In this document: positions 26,283-40,037 of the stretch, piece by piece
Position numbering within the stretch: the stretch's first letter is position 1
How the letters are laid out: every line of letters starts with the position of its first letter
Source of the DNA: Callorhinchus milii
Taxonomy: Eukaryota
Reading direction: 5' to 3'
NCBI RefSeq assembly: GCF_018977255.1
Contig: NW_024704743.1
Span: 6,574,001 to 6,638,000 of the forward strand
DNA length: 64,000 nt
The notes under the pieces: generated by a model
Told to the model about the DNA's origin: nothing
The model's database searches: none
The model's input: the letters and a program-made list of their open reading frames with translations, nothing else
Made by a program: the position numbers and the translations under genes

Positions 26283-26510
26283 ACAGAGACCGAGAGAGGG
26301 GAAGCATAGAAAGACCAAGAGAAAAATAGAGATGAGAGACAGAGAGAAAGAGACCGAGAGACTTATACACACACACAGAGACACCCACACAAAGACCGAG
26401 AGAGAGACAAAGACCAAGAGAGACACACACACACAGACCGAGAGAGAAAGACACACACACAATAATAATAATCCATGACACAAAGAGACCAATGACACAC
26501 AGAGACCAAT
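26283..26510. repeat. Compound (AG)/(AC) low-complexity microsatellite
   Basis: Recurrent agagaccga/agaccaagagag units and (ac)n runs. Confidence 0.85.
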
Positions 26511-26593
26511 GAACTAGTAGAGTATTAATTTTGTTGGAGAGCTTCAATAAAACAAATGGGACTAGAAAATTGTCAACTTGGTCAACATATATA

Positions 26594-27230
26594 CAACAAC
26601 AACAACAAAATTACATTTGTAAAGCGCCTTTCATGTCGGGAGGACGTCCCAAGGCACTGGACAGTCAGTGTTTCGGACTTGAGCCGGGGGTCGGGATTGG
26701 GAAGGGTGGAGAATGTGGGGGAAGCAGGGTGGTCGAAAGCACGGTCGAAGAGGAGGGTCTCGAGATGGGTCTTGAAGGAGGCAAGGGAGAGGGTGAGGCA
26801 GAAGGACTGCGGGATGGAGTTCCAGAGGGTGGGGGCAGAGTGGCAGAATGCCCGCCCCCCAATGGTTGGATGGATGAGGTGGGGGACAAGAAGCAGGCCG
26901 GAGGCCGCGGAGGGAGCTGGCAGGATGGTGGGGTTTAGGAGGTCGCAGAGATAGGGGGAAGCAAGGCCATGGAGTGCTTTGAAGGTGAGGACCAGGATCT
27001 TGAACTGTATCCTCTATGTGATGGGAAGCCAGTGGAGTCGGGGGAGGAGGGGGTGATAGGGTCACGGAGCCTGGTGCGCGAGAGGACACAGGCTGCAGAG
27101 TTCTGGATGATCTGCAGCCTATGGAGGGAAGAGTTGGGGAGATCAACAAGCAAGGAGTTTGCATAGTCAAGCTTCGATGTTATGAATGTGTGTATGAGGG
27201 TTTCAGCGGCCTGCGGTGTGAGATAGTGGC
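26594..27230 (-). mobile_element. L2 LINE 3' fragment
   Basis: (caa)n tail; ORF 26935..27153 ([26 protein letters not shown]) closely resembles the 52630-53178 region. Confidence 0.92.
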
Positions 27231-28187
27231 GAATCCGGGCAATGTTTACCCCAAATTGTGTTAAAAAAAATCAAATTAAAGCATCTTTTCCTATAATTTG
27301 AATTAGAAACTTCTATTTCTACATTTAATGTGGAGATTGACCCCCATAAGCAAAGAAATTGATTTTTTGAACCTGAATTTAAGTGAATGTAGCTAACATT
27401 CCAACAAGATTTAGTCTGTAGCTTGTTAACTCCAAGACATATATTAACACTGATGTTAAAAGCATTGGAATTATTTGCCATTTGAATAGGCACCTCCAAT
27501 AATCAAGCACTCCTCCAGCACTGCACTGCAGTGTCATCCTAGACAGTAAATGGGACCGAACTCACAACCTTCTGACTCAGAGACAGGAGTGCTTCTAACT
27601 GAGCCAGGTTGACACCCAAATAGCAACTTCTTACATTTAACAGCCTCTCAGCTACTAGAAAATAAAATGTTTAATTGCTAGAAAGTAATATAATAGTTTT
27701 TCCTATGTCTTTGGCAATACACAGTTTCAATGCTTCAGCACTTATTCAGCATGAGAAATGGTTATTGCCTCAAACACTCGTGACAAGTTTCCTGAGACGC
27801 CATCCGGCACGAAGGGCACTATACAAATGCAAGATGTTGTTGTTGACAAGCAAAAGTTCTTTACTTGAATAAATCTCAAAACACATTCAAAGTAACTGTT
27901 TACGCTTATAAATAAAACACATCTGGAATTACTAACAAAACGTCACTGCAGGTAAAATCACATTCTTGCATTAAAATAAGAAGGAAAGCACTTTCTAGTT
28001 TGTATTGTTTAAAACGTCTAGCCTACCACATGCTAGTGCAGAGAGATCACAATTCAATATCTTCTATCAATAGTGTTCTTTTCATTACATAGTGACACAG
28101 TTGTGTTCAGACTAATTTCCCCCTTTTACACATACAGACACATGCAAATATATGTGTTGAAGAATACTGCTAGAAACGTGGACTTAC

Positions 28188-28302
28188 CTTGGCATTTTCA
28201 ATACAAGGACAGATAGCCCAGGCTGCACTTGCTTGAATATCTGGATTAGGTTTTTTGAGTAAAGACCATAACAACCGAACTCCATCAAGAGTTTCAATTA
28301 TC
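28188..28302 (-). CDS. ODAD2: ODAD2/ARMC4 internal coding exon (115 nt, phase 2-0), last exon in the window
   Basis: tcacag|G ATA ATT...GCC AAG|gtaagt; translates as [38 protein letters not shown]. Confidence 0.96.
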
Positions 28303-28519
28303 CTGTGATTGAAAACATTTGAATTTTAAGGATAAAATAAACACAGGCATTAAAATAAGATTTTAAATAGGATTCAGAAAGCAAACTCAGAACAATATTT
28401 TCAGATATACTGAGACAGCAGAACAAGAGGACCTGTTTTAGAGTTGTGAAGGGCAATTTCAGGATAGATATCAGGAAGTAACTCATTACTTGGAGGGCAA
28501 TTAATCACTGGAACAGGTT

Positions 28520-28770
28520 AGGAAGACAGGAACAGGAGTAGGCCAGTCAATCCTTCGAGCCTGTTACGCCATTCTATTCATAGCTGATCTGTACCTCAAC
28601 TCCAATTACCTATCATTGACCCATATCCTTTGATACCCTTACCTAACAAAAATCTATCCACCTCAATCTTGAAAATTTAAATGGATCCAGTGTCCACAAC
28701 CTTTTGCGGGAGAGAGATCTAGATTTCCACTAGACTCCGCATGACAAAATGCTTCCTGATTTCGCACCTA
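28520..28770 (-). mobile_element. CR1 3' fragment
   Basis: aggaacaggagtaggcc...ttcgagcctg...ccttttgcgggagagag...ttccac; same family as the 56787 copy. Confidence 0.75.
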
Positions 28771-29189
28771 ATCTGGAGGGTGGTTGAGGCTAGGATGCCA
28801 AACTCATTTTACAAAACTGGTTGATGCTGTAATGGTAGGGCTGTTAGGGTGAGTTTTCTGGAAGGATGAGATTAAGTGGGCTAAAGGGCCTTATTCATAT
28901 GAATCTCTCTTGTTTTTTGTAATCTTAACCTTGTAACCTTTCCCATCTGACCCTGTTGATCAATAGGCCTGAACTCCTTATCTACTACAGTGGTCCACCC
29001 TCCATCTCCAAGTTTAAATGAAAACCTAATGCTTTGAAAAGAAAAACAATATGGCATCTATATCATATTTAATATTTAGTCATTAGTAGATGATAACAAT
29101 TGCTTTCCATCCACCTAGACATCCTGGGGAATCATAATTTGAAGTCAAACATTATTAATGCAAATTATTTTTTCCTCACTGTGGTTTAA

Positions 29190-29430
29190 GCTTCACCACC
29201 AACACTGATACATGGAAAATCCCTGTTTCTGGAATCGAATATTCATTCTCTCCCTGGAGGGATGCACCCTGTTTACCAATTCCATAGAGTATTAGGCTGG
29301 TTGGCAAGAGCTAAGATTTGGGTACTCTGGAGTTTGCATTGGGGTATTATTACTGGAGTTAAACTAACTAAACTGCATAGTTTGCCATTGAAAGCACTGC
29401 CTAGAAAGCTTCCCACTCTCTTGCCATCAG
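29190..29430 (-). repeat. Copy of unclassified repeat (putative LINE 3'UTR family)
   Basis: Reverse complement reads tcaatggcaaactatgcagtttag...aactccagtaataataccccaatgc...cttgccaacc...ggtaaacagggtgcatccctccagggagag. Confidence 0.7.
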
Positions 29431-30447
29431 GGCTTTGCCTTAGTGTGGAATATTCCTGCTTCCAATGACCCTTTTTCACTGAGTTTTACAAAGTTCTGCC
29501 CCTCCGTGTGCTGCCGATAAGCCAGGCTGGCTGGTCTGTCATCAACAGTGCCCTGGAATATTGTGTACCCACGTGGCTCAGGAACCATAATACTAAGATC
29601 GCCGCAGAGCGACATTCCGTTGCCAATCATATCATCTTAGTGCCACCTTAGATCAGATCCAAGAGGTCCTCCCTTTACTTCTCCCATAAGGAGATTAGTC
29701 AAAGTCACCATTTTTTAGTGCTCCATTAGGGTATTAGTCATTTTTGAAACTTAATATTTTAATTTTTAAAGTGCCTTCCTCTATCCTACATCTAGCTCCC
29801 TTGGCTCATTGTTTCAGTTCGGATGAAGGGTAGGTAATGAATGTCTCAACGTGCTTTACAGATTGTAATAGAAGAGAATAATATCCCAAACATTATTTAT
29901 TTTCCTCTTTCAGATGTTGTTTGGCCTGCAGTGGATCTTCAACATTTTCTTTTTACTGTACTGGGAGATTTGTTATTAGAATGAAGTAACACTGCAGTAT
30001 TTTGTATATCTAAAGTGGAGTTTAAGAATAGTGCACGTATTTTCCCTAGTTCTATGAATATGAATCTATTAACTGTACAAATTAGTTTTAGAACTTCAGC
30101 TGCTCATATAATTGTTGGTGAGAAATTGACTCATTTATAATCAAAGCCATTTGAGGGTAACCACCTACCAAAGCTTCAAATTTGTTAACATGAATATTAG
30201 ACTCTATCTTGTATGATTAATTACATAATTATAAGCAATTATAAGTATTTACATTAGAAACATTATTTCATACTGATACAGTATGTTCAAAATCACTTAA
30301 TCTCATAAAGATCATAAGGATCTGTTTCTAACAGTCTTATAATATTGGTTAATCAAATGTACAGTCTCGGTATATGAATGAAAGCATATACTTTAGTGTG
30401 AGGTGCCTCTACACTGAACATCTGTGACAAAATAAATGACCAGATTA

Positions 30448-31500
30448 TACAGTAGAGCAGTGTTTGTAATGCCCAACAGTCCAGCAGTCCAAAGTGTACG
30501 GATCATAAAATCAGTTATCTTTGTTTAATGGTGCATAAGAAACTGAACATCACTACATTTTCCAGATGGCAAAAATCTTCCATACACTAGATTCCATTTC
30601 TCCACAATCTTCCAGATGTCTTCCTAATGTGGACAGTGCCCTTAGTGTCTCTGCTTTGGATGTTAATGGCTTGAGTTGCATTTTAGGTCATGCTCTACAG
30701 TTGTAACTGCACTGAATGTTCTCTCAGACCGTACAGTAAGACAAATGTTTGAAAGAATCTCCTCATTTGTGTCTTCACCAAAACATTCTTCCCTACCACC
30801 AATGTCAATAGACTTGTAGAGCTGCTCCAAACTCATGACAGCCACAGGCTTAGTCTCATTCACGGCTACACTAATTTCTGTTGTTTTTCACCCACAGTGA
30901 CGATAAAACCCAACCATTATAATGTACTTTGCAATAGCATTGGATTTAAATTAATTCACACAAATTGAACCACATACTCCAGATCCACAAATGGCTTTTC
31001 TTGTTTGCACCAGTCTATATATTTACTGCCTACACTGGTTTTACCAAATGACTTCACTTTCTTCCTGTAGTCATACTTCAAGTTATGAATAATCCCTTGA
31101 TTCATGTTTGTTTCTGACAGAGATTGTATGGGAAACAGTGAGGTCATTGAGGTCTGAGAAAACCGATCAGTTGCAAATGTATTCATGACACGTTTCACAA
31201 GCTAGAAAGACACACAATTGTGTCTTTCCTGTCTCATTTGTTTATTCAGCTTCTTGACTGGCATAGCAAAAATGGTGGAGAAACTCAACACATTTGAGAT
31301 GCATGAACTTAATGCAATTCTCTTTCCTGTAACAAAAGTAGTGGGTGTTTTATTAGCAATCGTGGTGCAGTAATTGCAGTTGGACCCCTTAATTTTGTTA
31401 TAGACCATATATGTTTGTCAAACTGTACCTCAAATTTCAGAAGGAATTTGATAAATAGCCACATAAGAGCAATGCAATATGAGTAGGCCAACTGGCTAAT
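30448..31500 (-). mobile_element. Degenerate pogo/Tigger (TcMar) DNA transposon relic
   Basis: Minus-strand ORF fragments NMNQGIIHNLKYDYRKK (cf. pogo QPMDQGII..K..YR), TSLFP, LNKQMRQE and PTTFVTGK. A TA-CAGTAG candidate end lies at ~30448. Confidence 0.65.
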
Positions 31501-32554
31501 TAAATCTATTTTATTAGATCATGACATCTCTAAATTCCATTTCCCCCACTTTGTCTTTCATATTTCTTAATACATTTTGCATTTGGCAAACAGACCTTTG
31601 AAGCAAACAGTGGTGTTAGTGGTGTTAATTATCAAGAAAACAATCAATGTTTGGTTCCCATACATATTGAAAATTATCATTGGCATTAGTTGATAAGTTT
31701 TGAATGATCAATTTTGGGACAATTTTCATTTTTTTGACACTTTATGCAATATGTCATTTTAAAACCTCCAAACACTGAGTTTAGACTGAACTTTATTTAT
31801 AGTTTAGTTTTACATCTGTAATTCTCTAAATCACCGCCTAAATTACAGGAACAAATCTGTGGTCTGGATCAAATTCCATCACGAAAAATTCTGGATTTGT
31901 TATATTATGTTGATTTACAATAAGAAGGTTCTGGTGGTTTCCATACATCAAATTTGATGATTTTTGAGAACCTTAATGGAATGATTAGCTATGATTACAA
32001 GAAGCTGTTAGGTGCTTTTGAAAAATGGTTTGAAATTGTGTTCCTCACATCAAAACATTATTGTTGCATTGATTATCAACGAACTGATTGCTAAGTCTGA
32101 AGGCTGTGGGTTTGAGTCACAGCACTGTATGTCACTCCAGATTGCTTGATTTTGTTTGGGTAAGTTACAGCAGTTCTCTGTAGTTGGAAGTGCAATATTC
32201 AATTTCAGGAAAACGAAAAAGCTGATAATAACCGGGTCACACTGCCTGAATCACACCTCCTGTTGGCATATCACCAAGCAGATTTAAGTGTAATCATGAA
32301 GGAGTCTTTGGCCCACAGTGTCCTACTCTTACAACTAGAGGGTTTGTATTGACAATTGACACAGTATGAGATAATATCGGAGAATTAAAAATATATATTT
32401 TTATATACTTGCTATATATATATACTTATATATATGTATATATAAATATATACTTGCTGCTCTGTTGCGATTTGTCCCATTTCTATATGGGACAAATATA
32501 TACAGGATATATTGTAAAGTGGTGTGACTGTATTAAGTGGGCGAACACGAGTGA

Positions 32555-32795
32555 AAGGAGAGCTCAGGCAAAGTTTTTCACTCAGACAGTTGTTGGGATG
32601 AGGAATGCCCCACCAAGTAAGGTGGTGGAGGCAGAGTCCATAGTGGGTTTCAAAAGGAAGTAGGTATGTGAAGGATAGAGTCTTGAAGGGTTATGCAAGG
32701 CAGTGGGACTGAATGAACACCTTGCTGTGAGAGCTGGTGCAGACTCGATGGGTTAAATGACTTCCTTCTGTGCTGTAAAGTTGTATGATTCTATG
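32555..32795 (+). mobile_element. CR1 3' fragment
   Basis: FFTQTVVGMRNAPPSKVVEAESIVGFKRK in ORF 32409..32663; tail tgtatgattctatg. Confidence 0.8.
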
Positions 32796-35689
32796 TCCAT
32801 CTCATTGGTAAACAATGCTAGCAATCTTCAGTGTGATTCAATAAGCATTTTTGACCAAGATATGGAATTTGCTTTCAATCTACAGTTTAATACTTTTGAA
32901 CAACTACTTATATTTGTATCAAATGTCAAAATGATTAACTATTTTCAGGGCTAACTGAAAATAGTTACAGTTAGGGTTGAACCAAGCCAAGTATTTTTTG
33001 GAACTTAAATTGACACTTTGGAAAATTTCAATAGAAGAATAAATGTTAACGATTATGCCTATTAGGAGCACGAGAGCATTCCATATTTTCATTATGGGCC
33101 CAAAGAAATTCAAGAAATTATTTGAAAACAATAGCAGATCTCTTATTATCACCAACAACTTGCATTACATGGCATAATTTACATAGGATAAAGTTCAAAG
33201 CACTTATACAGGAGGAGTTCATTGTAGGCAAGATCAAAGAAGTGGGTTTTCAGGAGGCTTTCAAAGACAGATAGAGGGCCACGTGGAATGATTTTGTCAG
33301 GTAGTTCCAGAGTATAAGGACATAATGGATGAAGGCTTGACTGCTAAGTGTCATACAAGGAACAAGTTGACCAGATTTTGCTGAGTGGAGAAGTGAAGCT
33401 GGAGACATTCACAGAGTTAGGGAGGGTAAGGTCATGCAGGGATTTGTAGCTGAGAATGAGGATCTTGAAATAAATCTGCTGAGAGACAGGAGGCAGTGGG
33501 GACTGGTAACAATGGGAGTGTTGGGTAAGTTAAGCTTTTTATGGGTAAGGATGGGATTTCACCACTTTTCCCATCCCTTTTTTCTATATCTCTTCACAAC
33601 AATTTATATACAGTACACCTGTTACATCAGGAGGTCATCAAAGCTCTTCACACAATTGGGTACCTGCGCTAGGAAGGGTTGGGATGGGAGCCAAGGAAGG
33701 GAGTTGAAAGATGGTAAAAAGCCTGTTAAAATAGATAGGCCTTTAGGCAGGTTTTGAAGATGAAGATGGAGGGGTAAAGCAGCGGCACTCCAAGATGGAG
33801 TTCCAGAGAGCAAAGACAGAATAGTGAGAGATAGAGTTGAGTAACATCTTCCTTTTGAACATCCCAATTATTTCTGAATCAATGTTCTTCTCGACTGTGC
33901 GTTCCATATACTCACAAACCTTTGTGTGAAGATATGTTCTAAACTTCTTAACTTAATTTTATATCTATGGAGTAAATATTATGTTATTCTTTAATTACCG
34001 CTGGATTAAAATAACACTGGCTCTAATTATCGCCACACTTTGCAGTGTTTAATGTGAAAACAAAAGTAAGACGATTCATAGCAAATATAGTGCAATACAC
34101 AAAGTAACCACTTGTAGCAGAGTTGTAGCAGAGTTGCTCCCAATTTTTCTACAATCATTTTACTTTTCTGACTTTTGCTGGGATACTTGATTTGATTTGA
34201 AATTGAAGCACCTGGTCAATTTGGTAAGTTTTTTGTTTTCTTTGCAGGAACCGGTAAAGAGCATAGAGCTGTACTTTGAGACATCCTCCCGAGGGGAAAG
34301 GAGCTATATACATGTATATTTTATTGTATGTATGCTCCCACATCACAGAAAACTCTATTTCCCCAAACAGGATCAAGACATACAGCTTGGCCCAAGGTCT
34401 CAATCTCGCTCGGGAAATTGGTCGTTCAATTTGTGGCCGCCTGGACGACCTTGCATGTGAAATGGTTGCCTACAAACAAACAATGAGTTCACTTAACAGG
34501 AATTACCTGCAAAGTGCTTAGGGACATTTTTATGTTGTAGGCTATATATCAAACACAATGATTCCATTCTACAAGTAAATCTTAGAAATGTATAAATTTT
34601 AATAGTAAAATTATACTGTATTTATAAATTCAGACATGATCTTCAGACTGATCAACATTCAAAAAAGAGAATAATAGTTGTTTTGGGCACCATTTCCTCT
34701 GGTGTGGTCCTTCGTAGGATTTAAAAGTAGTAGTTATAGAATAAGTTCAAAATCTTCTATGAACTAATGCCACAAGAAAACATGATATTTTTTAAAAACT
34801 AGAAAAAAAAACATGAATACTTTATCGAGTCTATCCCGAAGCTGGTACTAATATTTATGCACCTCATACTACCTCCTCGAGTTGACCCAGTTTTTTATGT
34901 CAAGAACTATTTCTTTTAAATTCCCTTGAGGCAAAACTTTAAAATGTTTCTTTCAAGACATCCAAAAGTATCATTCCAGATGTATTAAACTTCATCTTCT
35001 TAGAATTTTATCCCACAGCTTGAAAATGATACGTTTCTTTAGAGAAGGGTCCAAGAAAAAAATCAACAGTCCTGTCAGACGTTACTGCATGTTTAAAAAA
35101 AGGAATTTAGAATAATGCAAAATTGCTACCCTTACAGACAGATAGTAATTATGTTTCATGGTATACTATAATTTTATTAAATTTGTAATTTGTAGCACTC
35201 AAAATAGGTTTGGCTCTTTGCACTTCTCTCCTTATTATATTTATAATTTTGATGGTTCATATTAGTTTATCAAACCCACACCTCAATTCCTATCTCATTT
35301 TTATGCAGTACCAAATATTAACGTATGATATTACTGCATTATATAAGAATAGTTTTTAGGAATGCAGCTGCCAACCATTTTCACATTTCTGATGAATGAA
35401 AAGAATTTACAGTATTTTCCATTGCTGTGCATTCTTAACTCCTTCAAGTATATATGCAGCTGAACAAAAATTGCAGTGGAAAGTAATGAGGTTAGAATTA
35501 TCTACATTCTTTTCAAATTGTCTGCAACATAAACTTCCGATGTGGCCTCAGAGTTGGTAAGCACCATATGGGCTTCACTGAAACAAGTAGAGCTGTTCAA
35601 GGCTGTGAGCAGTACCAACCCTGAAATTCCACTTCATCATTTAGTTTAAAAGTAAAAAGCATGCAAAATTTTGGAAAATCCTGCTCATA

Positions 35690-36000
35690 TACCACTCCAC
35701 TGTCCACCCTCTTCCCTCAGTGGAAACAGGCCTGCTGCATATCCTTTTATCTTTCTGTACCACCATCGGTGGTCATGCCTAGAGGCTATATGCCCATAAC
35801 CTCTGGAACTTCCTGCCTCAATCCTTCCGTTTCACCCCTTTTTTCTATCTTTAAATCCTACTAAGATTTAACTCTTCGACCACGCCTAAGGTCACCTCCC
35901 CATTTCTCCCTCGCTCAGTGTCTGACCAACCCTGACATTGTGCCCTGTTCCAAGATGCTATTCTGAAGGGGACTATATAAATGCAAGTAGTTGTTGTTTT
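35690..36000 (+). mobile_element. Old L2 3' fragment
   Basis: ctctggaacttcctgcctc...ctcttcgaccacgcct...tataaatgcaagtagttgttg. Confidence 0.65.
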
Positions 36001-36094
36001 AACAAACACAGAAAAACAACTTCCAAGTGACTTAAAAATGGTATCCATGATGCTTGACAATTTAGGACATTTTATTATCAGTAATAAATAATAT

Positions 36095-36436
36095 TCAACA
36101 ACCAAAACAAATTACATTTGTAAAGCACCTTTCATGTGGAGAGGACATCCCAAGGCGCTGGACAGTCAAAAATTTGCACCTGAACTGGGGGTTGGGCTCG
36201 GGATGTGGAGGGCAGGGAAGGCTGGGGTAGGAGGGTAACCCAATGCACGGTCGAAGAGGAGAGTCGTGAAACGTGCTTTGAAACAGGCAAGGGAGGGAGC
36301 AAGACCAACAGACTGGGGGATGGAGTTCCAAAGGATGGAGGCAGGGAAGCTGAAGGCCCGAACACTGATGGTGAGGCAGGCCGGGTGGGGGACATGAAGG
36401 AGGCCAGAGCCTGCTGAGCGGAGGGAGCGGACAGGT
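36095..36436 (-). mobile_element. L2 LINE 3' fragment
   Basis: caacaacc...aattacatttgtaaagcacctttcatgtggagaggacatcccaaggcgctg tail, plus ORF C-terminal similarity to 52850-53178. Confidence 0.88.
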
Positions 36437-38707
36437 TGATAACTGTATTCATAACTATATTATTTTCTCCTTGAGATGAAAGGAATATTTTCAAAATTAC
36501 CACCCAGGACATTTCCTTCATCTATAATAGTTTTTCAATAAAATAAATGATATTCACTTTCTGTTGAAAATTTGATGCTAACTCCCTGTGACCTATCCAA
36601 AATTAAAATCGGCATTGCTATGCTCAACTGAATTAATTCTAATCCTTCTATTAATGTCGATCTGCAGAGAAGAATTCTACTCTAACGTATCCAGCAAATC
36701 TGGCCAGAATATATATTTTTATTGTAAATTAATCATGGAAGCAACAAACAAAATTTCTGTAATATCAAGAATTATACCACATGTAGAAAGGTAATCTGGA
36801 CAATGTATAAGTCAGTGAATATAGTTAAGGAACGCAATGCTTCAAAATTATTTTGTAAGTATGAAATTACACTTATTTAATTGAACTCGAAAGAATCTGG
36901 CCCAAAATGACTTTTATTATTATTGAAGTAAAATTCATCTTATGGTGCTTGACTGCTTTGCAAATAATTTTTAACAAATATTTTGTTAATGAAGGGATTA
37001 AAAATACAAAACACACTGATGAGCAAATGTACACTGTTGCAAGCAAAGCAAAGCCACTTCCAACAGTAGATGAATATGGAACAGATTGCCCCAGATTGCC
37101 CCTTCAACAGACTGTTAAACGCTAACATGTGACCTAGCGCTTTGCATATTCTATGTGCAGCTCAGTGCAGACCTCTGAAATTGGGTGTCAGTTTTTNAAA
37201 AATCTTATTAAAGAACTGGTCAAACTACCTGTTCTTTAATAACATTAAAGCAACCCCAGTGGAGAGTGGAGCCGACGTGGATTTGGTCCGAATGAAGACA
37301 CATTGCAGTGGTGTGAATCAAACTATCCTTGAAACTGCCTGCTCCAGGTGGGATATACTGGCTCAATCCTGATTTACACTGAACGTTTGGCAGCTGTTTA
37401 CCATGACTAGTGTAGTATAATTGCAGAATGAGGAACATTATTGTCTCAATTCTGTTTGGAACATGTCATCTGTTGAATTTAAGCAGCCAGGTTTGAATAT
37501 TTTCTTGGAAGTTTTAATGGTCAATTTTCATATCCTGTAGGAGACTATGCTGGGTGAGTTTATAACAATCCAAATTGGACACGGTCTGTTGGAAGTAACA
37601 GTTTGATGGGACCAGCCAGCTGAACTGTAATACACCTCTAGTACAAACCATCAAAGGCAGTAATTGGGATCCGTAAAATTGAAACCAGCCTTGTAACAGG
37701 GCGTAAAGAATCAACGTTCAGTGTTTATGGATCATGACAGCAATACTGACATGATCAGTGATGTCATTATGTCATTGTAAAAGTGAGCTGAGAGGCGACC
37801 TACCCCATGTGAAGATTGCTATACAAATGCAAGATATTGTTGCTCCGCATGCGTGCAGCTAGCCAGAAGCTTCTCGTGTTACTGCTCTCCAAAATGTGCC
37901 ATTATTTGATGAAGCATTGTGAAAACTGACAATGTGATTTGATGCATAATGCATGCAGAATGAGCTCAGTGTTTGGTACGTAAATATCAGAGTCTAAGAC
38001 ACCCCCAAAAGCTTTGGTTAATATTTATCAAAACATCATTATGGGGATCTACTATATCCTTTTCAGTATGTTGCGATGTTTATGACAAAATGTTGATCTG
38101 AATGGCCTTCTAGATTTCCATTTCCCTTTGGAGGGTGAAGGGAATAATGGAATACAGGAGAAGAGAATAGGAAGGGTGAGGCTTGTGTGGAATATGGCCT
38201 GTTCCTGTGACGTAACACTCTATGTAATTCCATGTAGTTTTTTTCCATTCCACCCAACTGTGTTGAGGATAGCCACCTAAAACAAATATGTACACAAGTG
38301 TACACCTCTAACCTTCTCTTCTGCACTTGAAAACAATTCAAATATAGGATTGAATTACTTAAATGTTTTGATGTATTAGTCAGTTTCTCCAACAGAACAA
38401 TGCAAATTTGCATTTCAACATGAATTCAAAAATACACAAAGTGATCAAAAGTTCTTTAAAGTACTTCATATCTGAATGAGTACGTCAAACCATAATTCAA
38501 CAGAAATAGTACAGTTCACATGTACTGCAGAATTGAAAATAATACCAAACTAAAAGAATCAAGGTGCAGTCTGATACTTCACATTGACCTACCCATCTTC
38601 AACTGCCCCATAGAGTACAAGTCTTTGTATATTGTTATATAATTAGTATTTGGATTAATGAGGCAACTGAGGTTGATTGGGAAGATAAGACGCATTATAA
38701 TGCATCT

Positions 38708-39143
38708 ACTAATAATGATCCTTGTATTTATAATATGTAACCTTATCACATCGCTGGATGTCTCCAAGCACTTCACAAGAGATACTGTCAACTGATGCCA
38801 CTGTGTGCATTTTGTCAGTGAACCTGGCAATTTGCGCACAGTAATGTCGCACAAACATCCATGGAGTGAGTGACTAATTTTATTTGGGGAATTGTTAGTC
38901 AAGGCTTAAGGAGAAACGCCCTTAGAACAGTGCCATAGGATCTTTAACGTTCACTTAGGCAGGCGAATGGGATCTTGGTTTAATGTATCATCCGAAGGAT
39001 GGCACCTCCGATAATGTAGCACATAACAGCACTGCAATTGACTGCCAGCATGGATTATATGAATTCCAAGTCTCAATGTGGGGGTTGAACCCACAAGCTT
39101 TTGATTCAGAGGTGAGAGTGCTACCAACTGAGGCAGGCTGACA
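38708..39143 (-). mobile_element. SacSINE1/DeuSINE-like SINE, near full length
   Basis: Parallel to 8888-9292 from tail to head (gagagtgctaccaactgaggcaggctgaca). Confidence 0.85.
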
Positions 39144-40037
39144 CAATAAATGGAATATGTAGTGGAACCTTAGTATTTTTTAAATAAAATGCGCACACAC
39201 AAACATAAATTGATAAAGAACAAAGTATGAAACCATTTCAATAGTCAGATACCGTATAGTGTTCTTTTCTCAAAAAAAGAGTATAAATATTACATTTCAG
39301 GAGAGCATAAAACTAAAAGATCTATTAACTTTTAAAAAGTAGCATTATTTTATTCACTATTACATATGACAGGATTCTGTCACTGAGCTATTTAATAATG
39401 GGCACAAGCACGATAATTTTTTTTGTTTTAAGATAGAAACGTTTGACTATCCCAATGAATCTGTGACTTCATTTAATAAGTAGATGAACCATATAAGACC
39501 AGGAGGGCCCCAATTTTGGTCTGTACCTAATTAGTTGATCTCACACGGTTCACCTGAAAATGGTTACAAATGGCCTTGGCTCCCTAGTTAAAAAGAGGAT
39601 CCTGATCATTATACAGTTACCCTCCCCTCAAAAGCACGTGTATGTATATATGCATGTGTATGTAGAATCTGTATATAAATCTATAATATATAATGTATAT
39701 ATAATGTGTATGTAAAATCTGGGAGTGAGGACAATGTTAGGTTCAGCTGTGCTGTCCCTTCATGGGTGCTTAGTTTGCTGTCACACACTGTAATAGCTCA
39801 TATATGAATTATTTGCCTACAAAACACACAATATATTGTGTGAAACTCTTTCAGACTTCTGACGTGAAAGCCACTATATCAAATGTAAGGATTATTATTA
39901 ATGCCCATCTTTATTAATTGACAGGTGCACATGAAACTGTGATTGGTGAGTGATGGCTCTACAGCCTACCTCCAGTAGAAGGAAAAAAGGAATCAAACGA
40001 GAGGAGAGGAGATTAAGATGAGGTGTAAACAATTGGC

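Noticed and set aside
26068..26547. ORFs of 96-136 aa with RE/TH or SL/CV bias
   Set aside because: They are translations of the AG/AC microsatellite.
32390..32452. (TA)-rich tract, similar to one at 39640-39715
   Set aside because: Ordinary low-complexity microsatellite.
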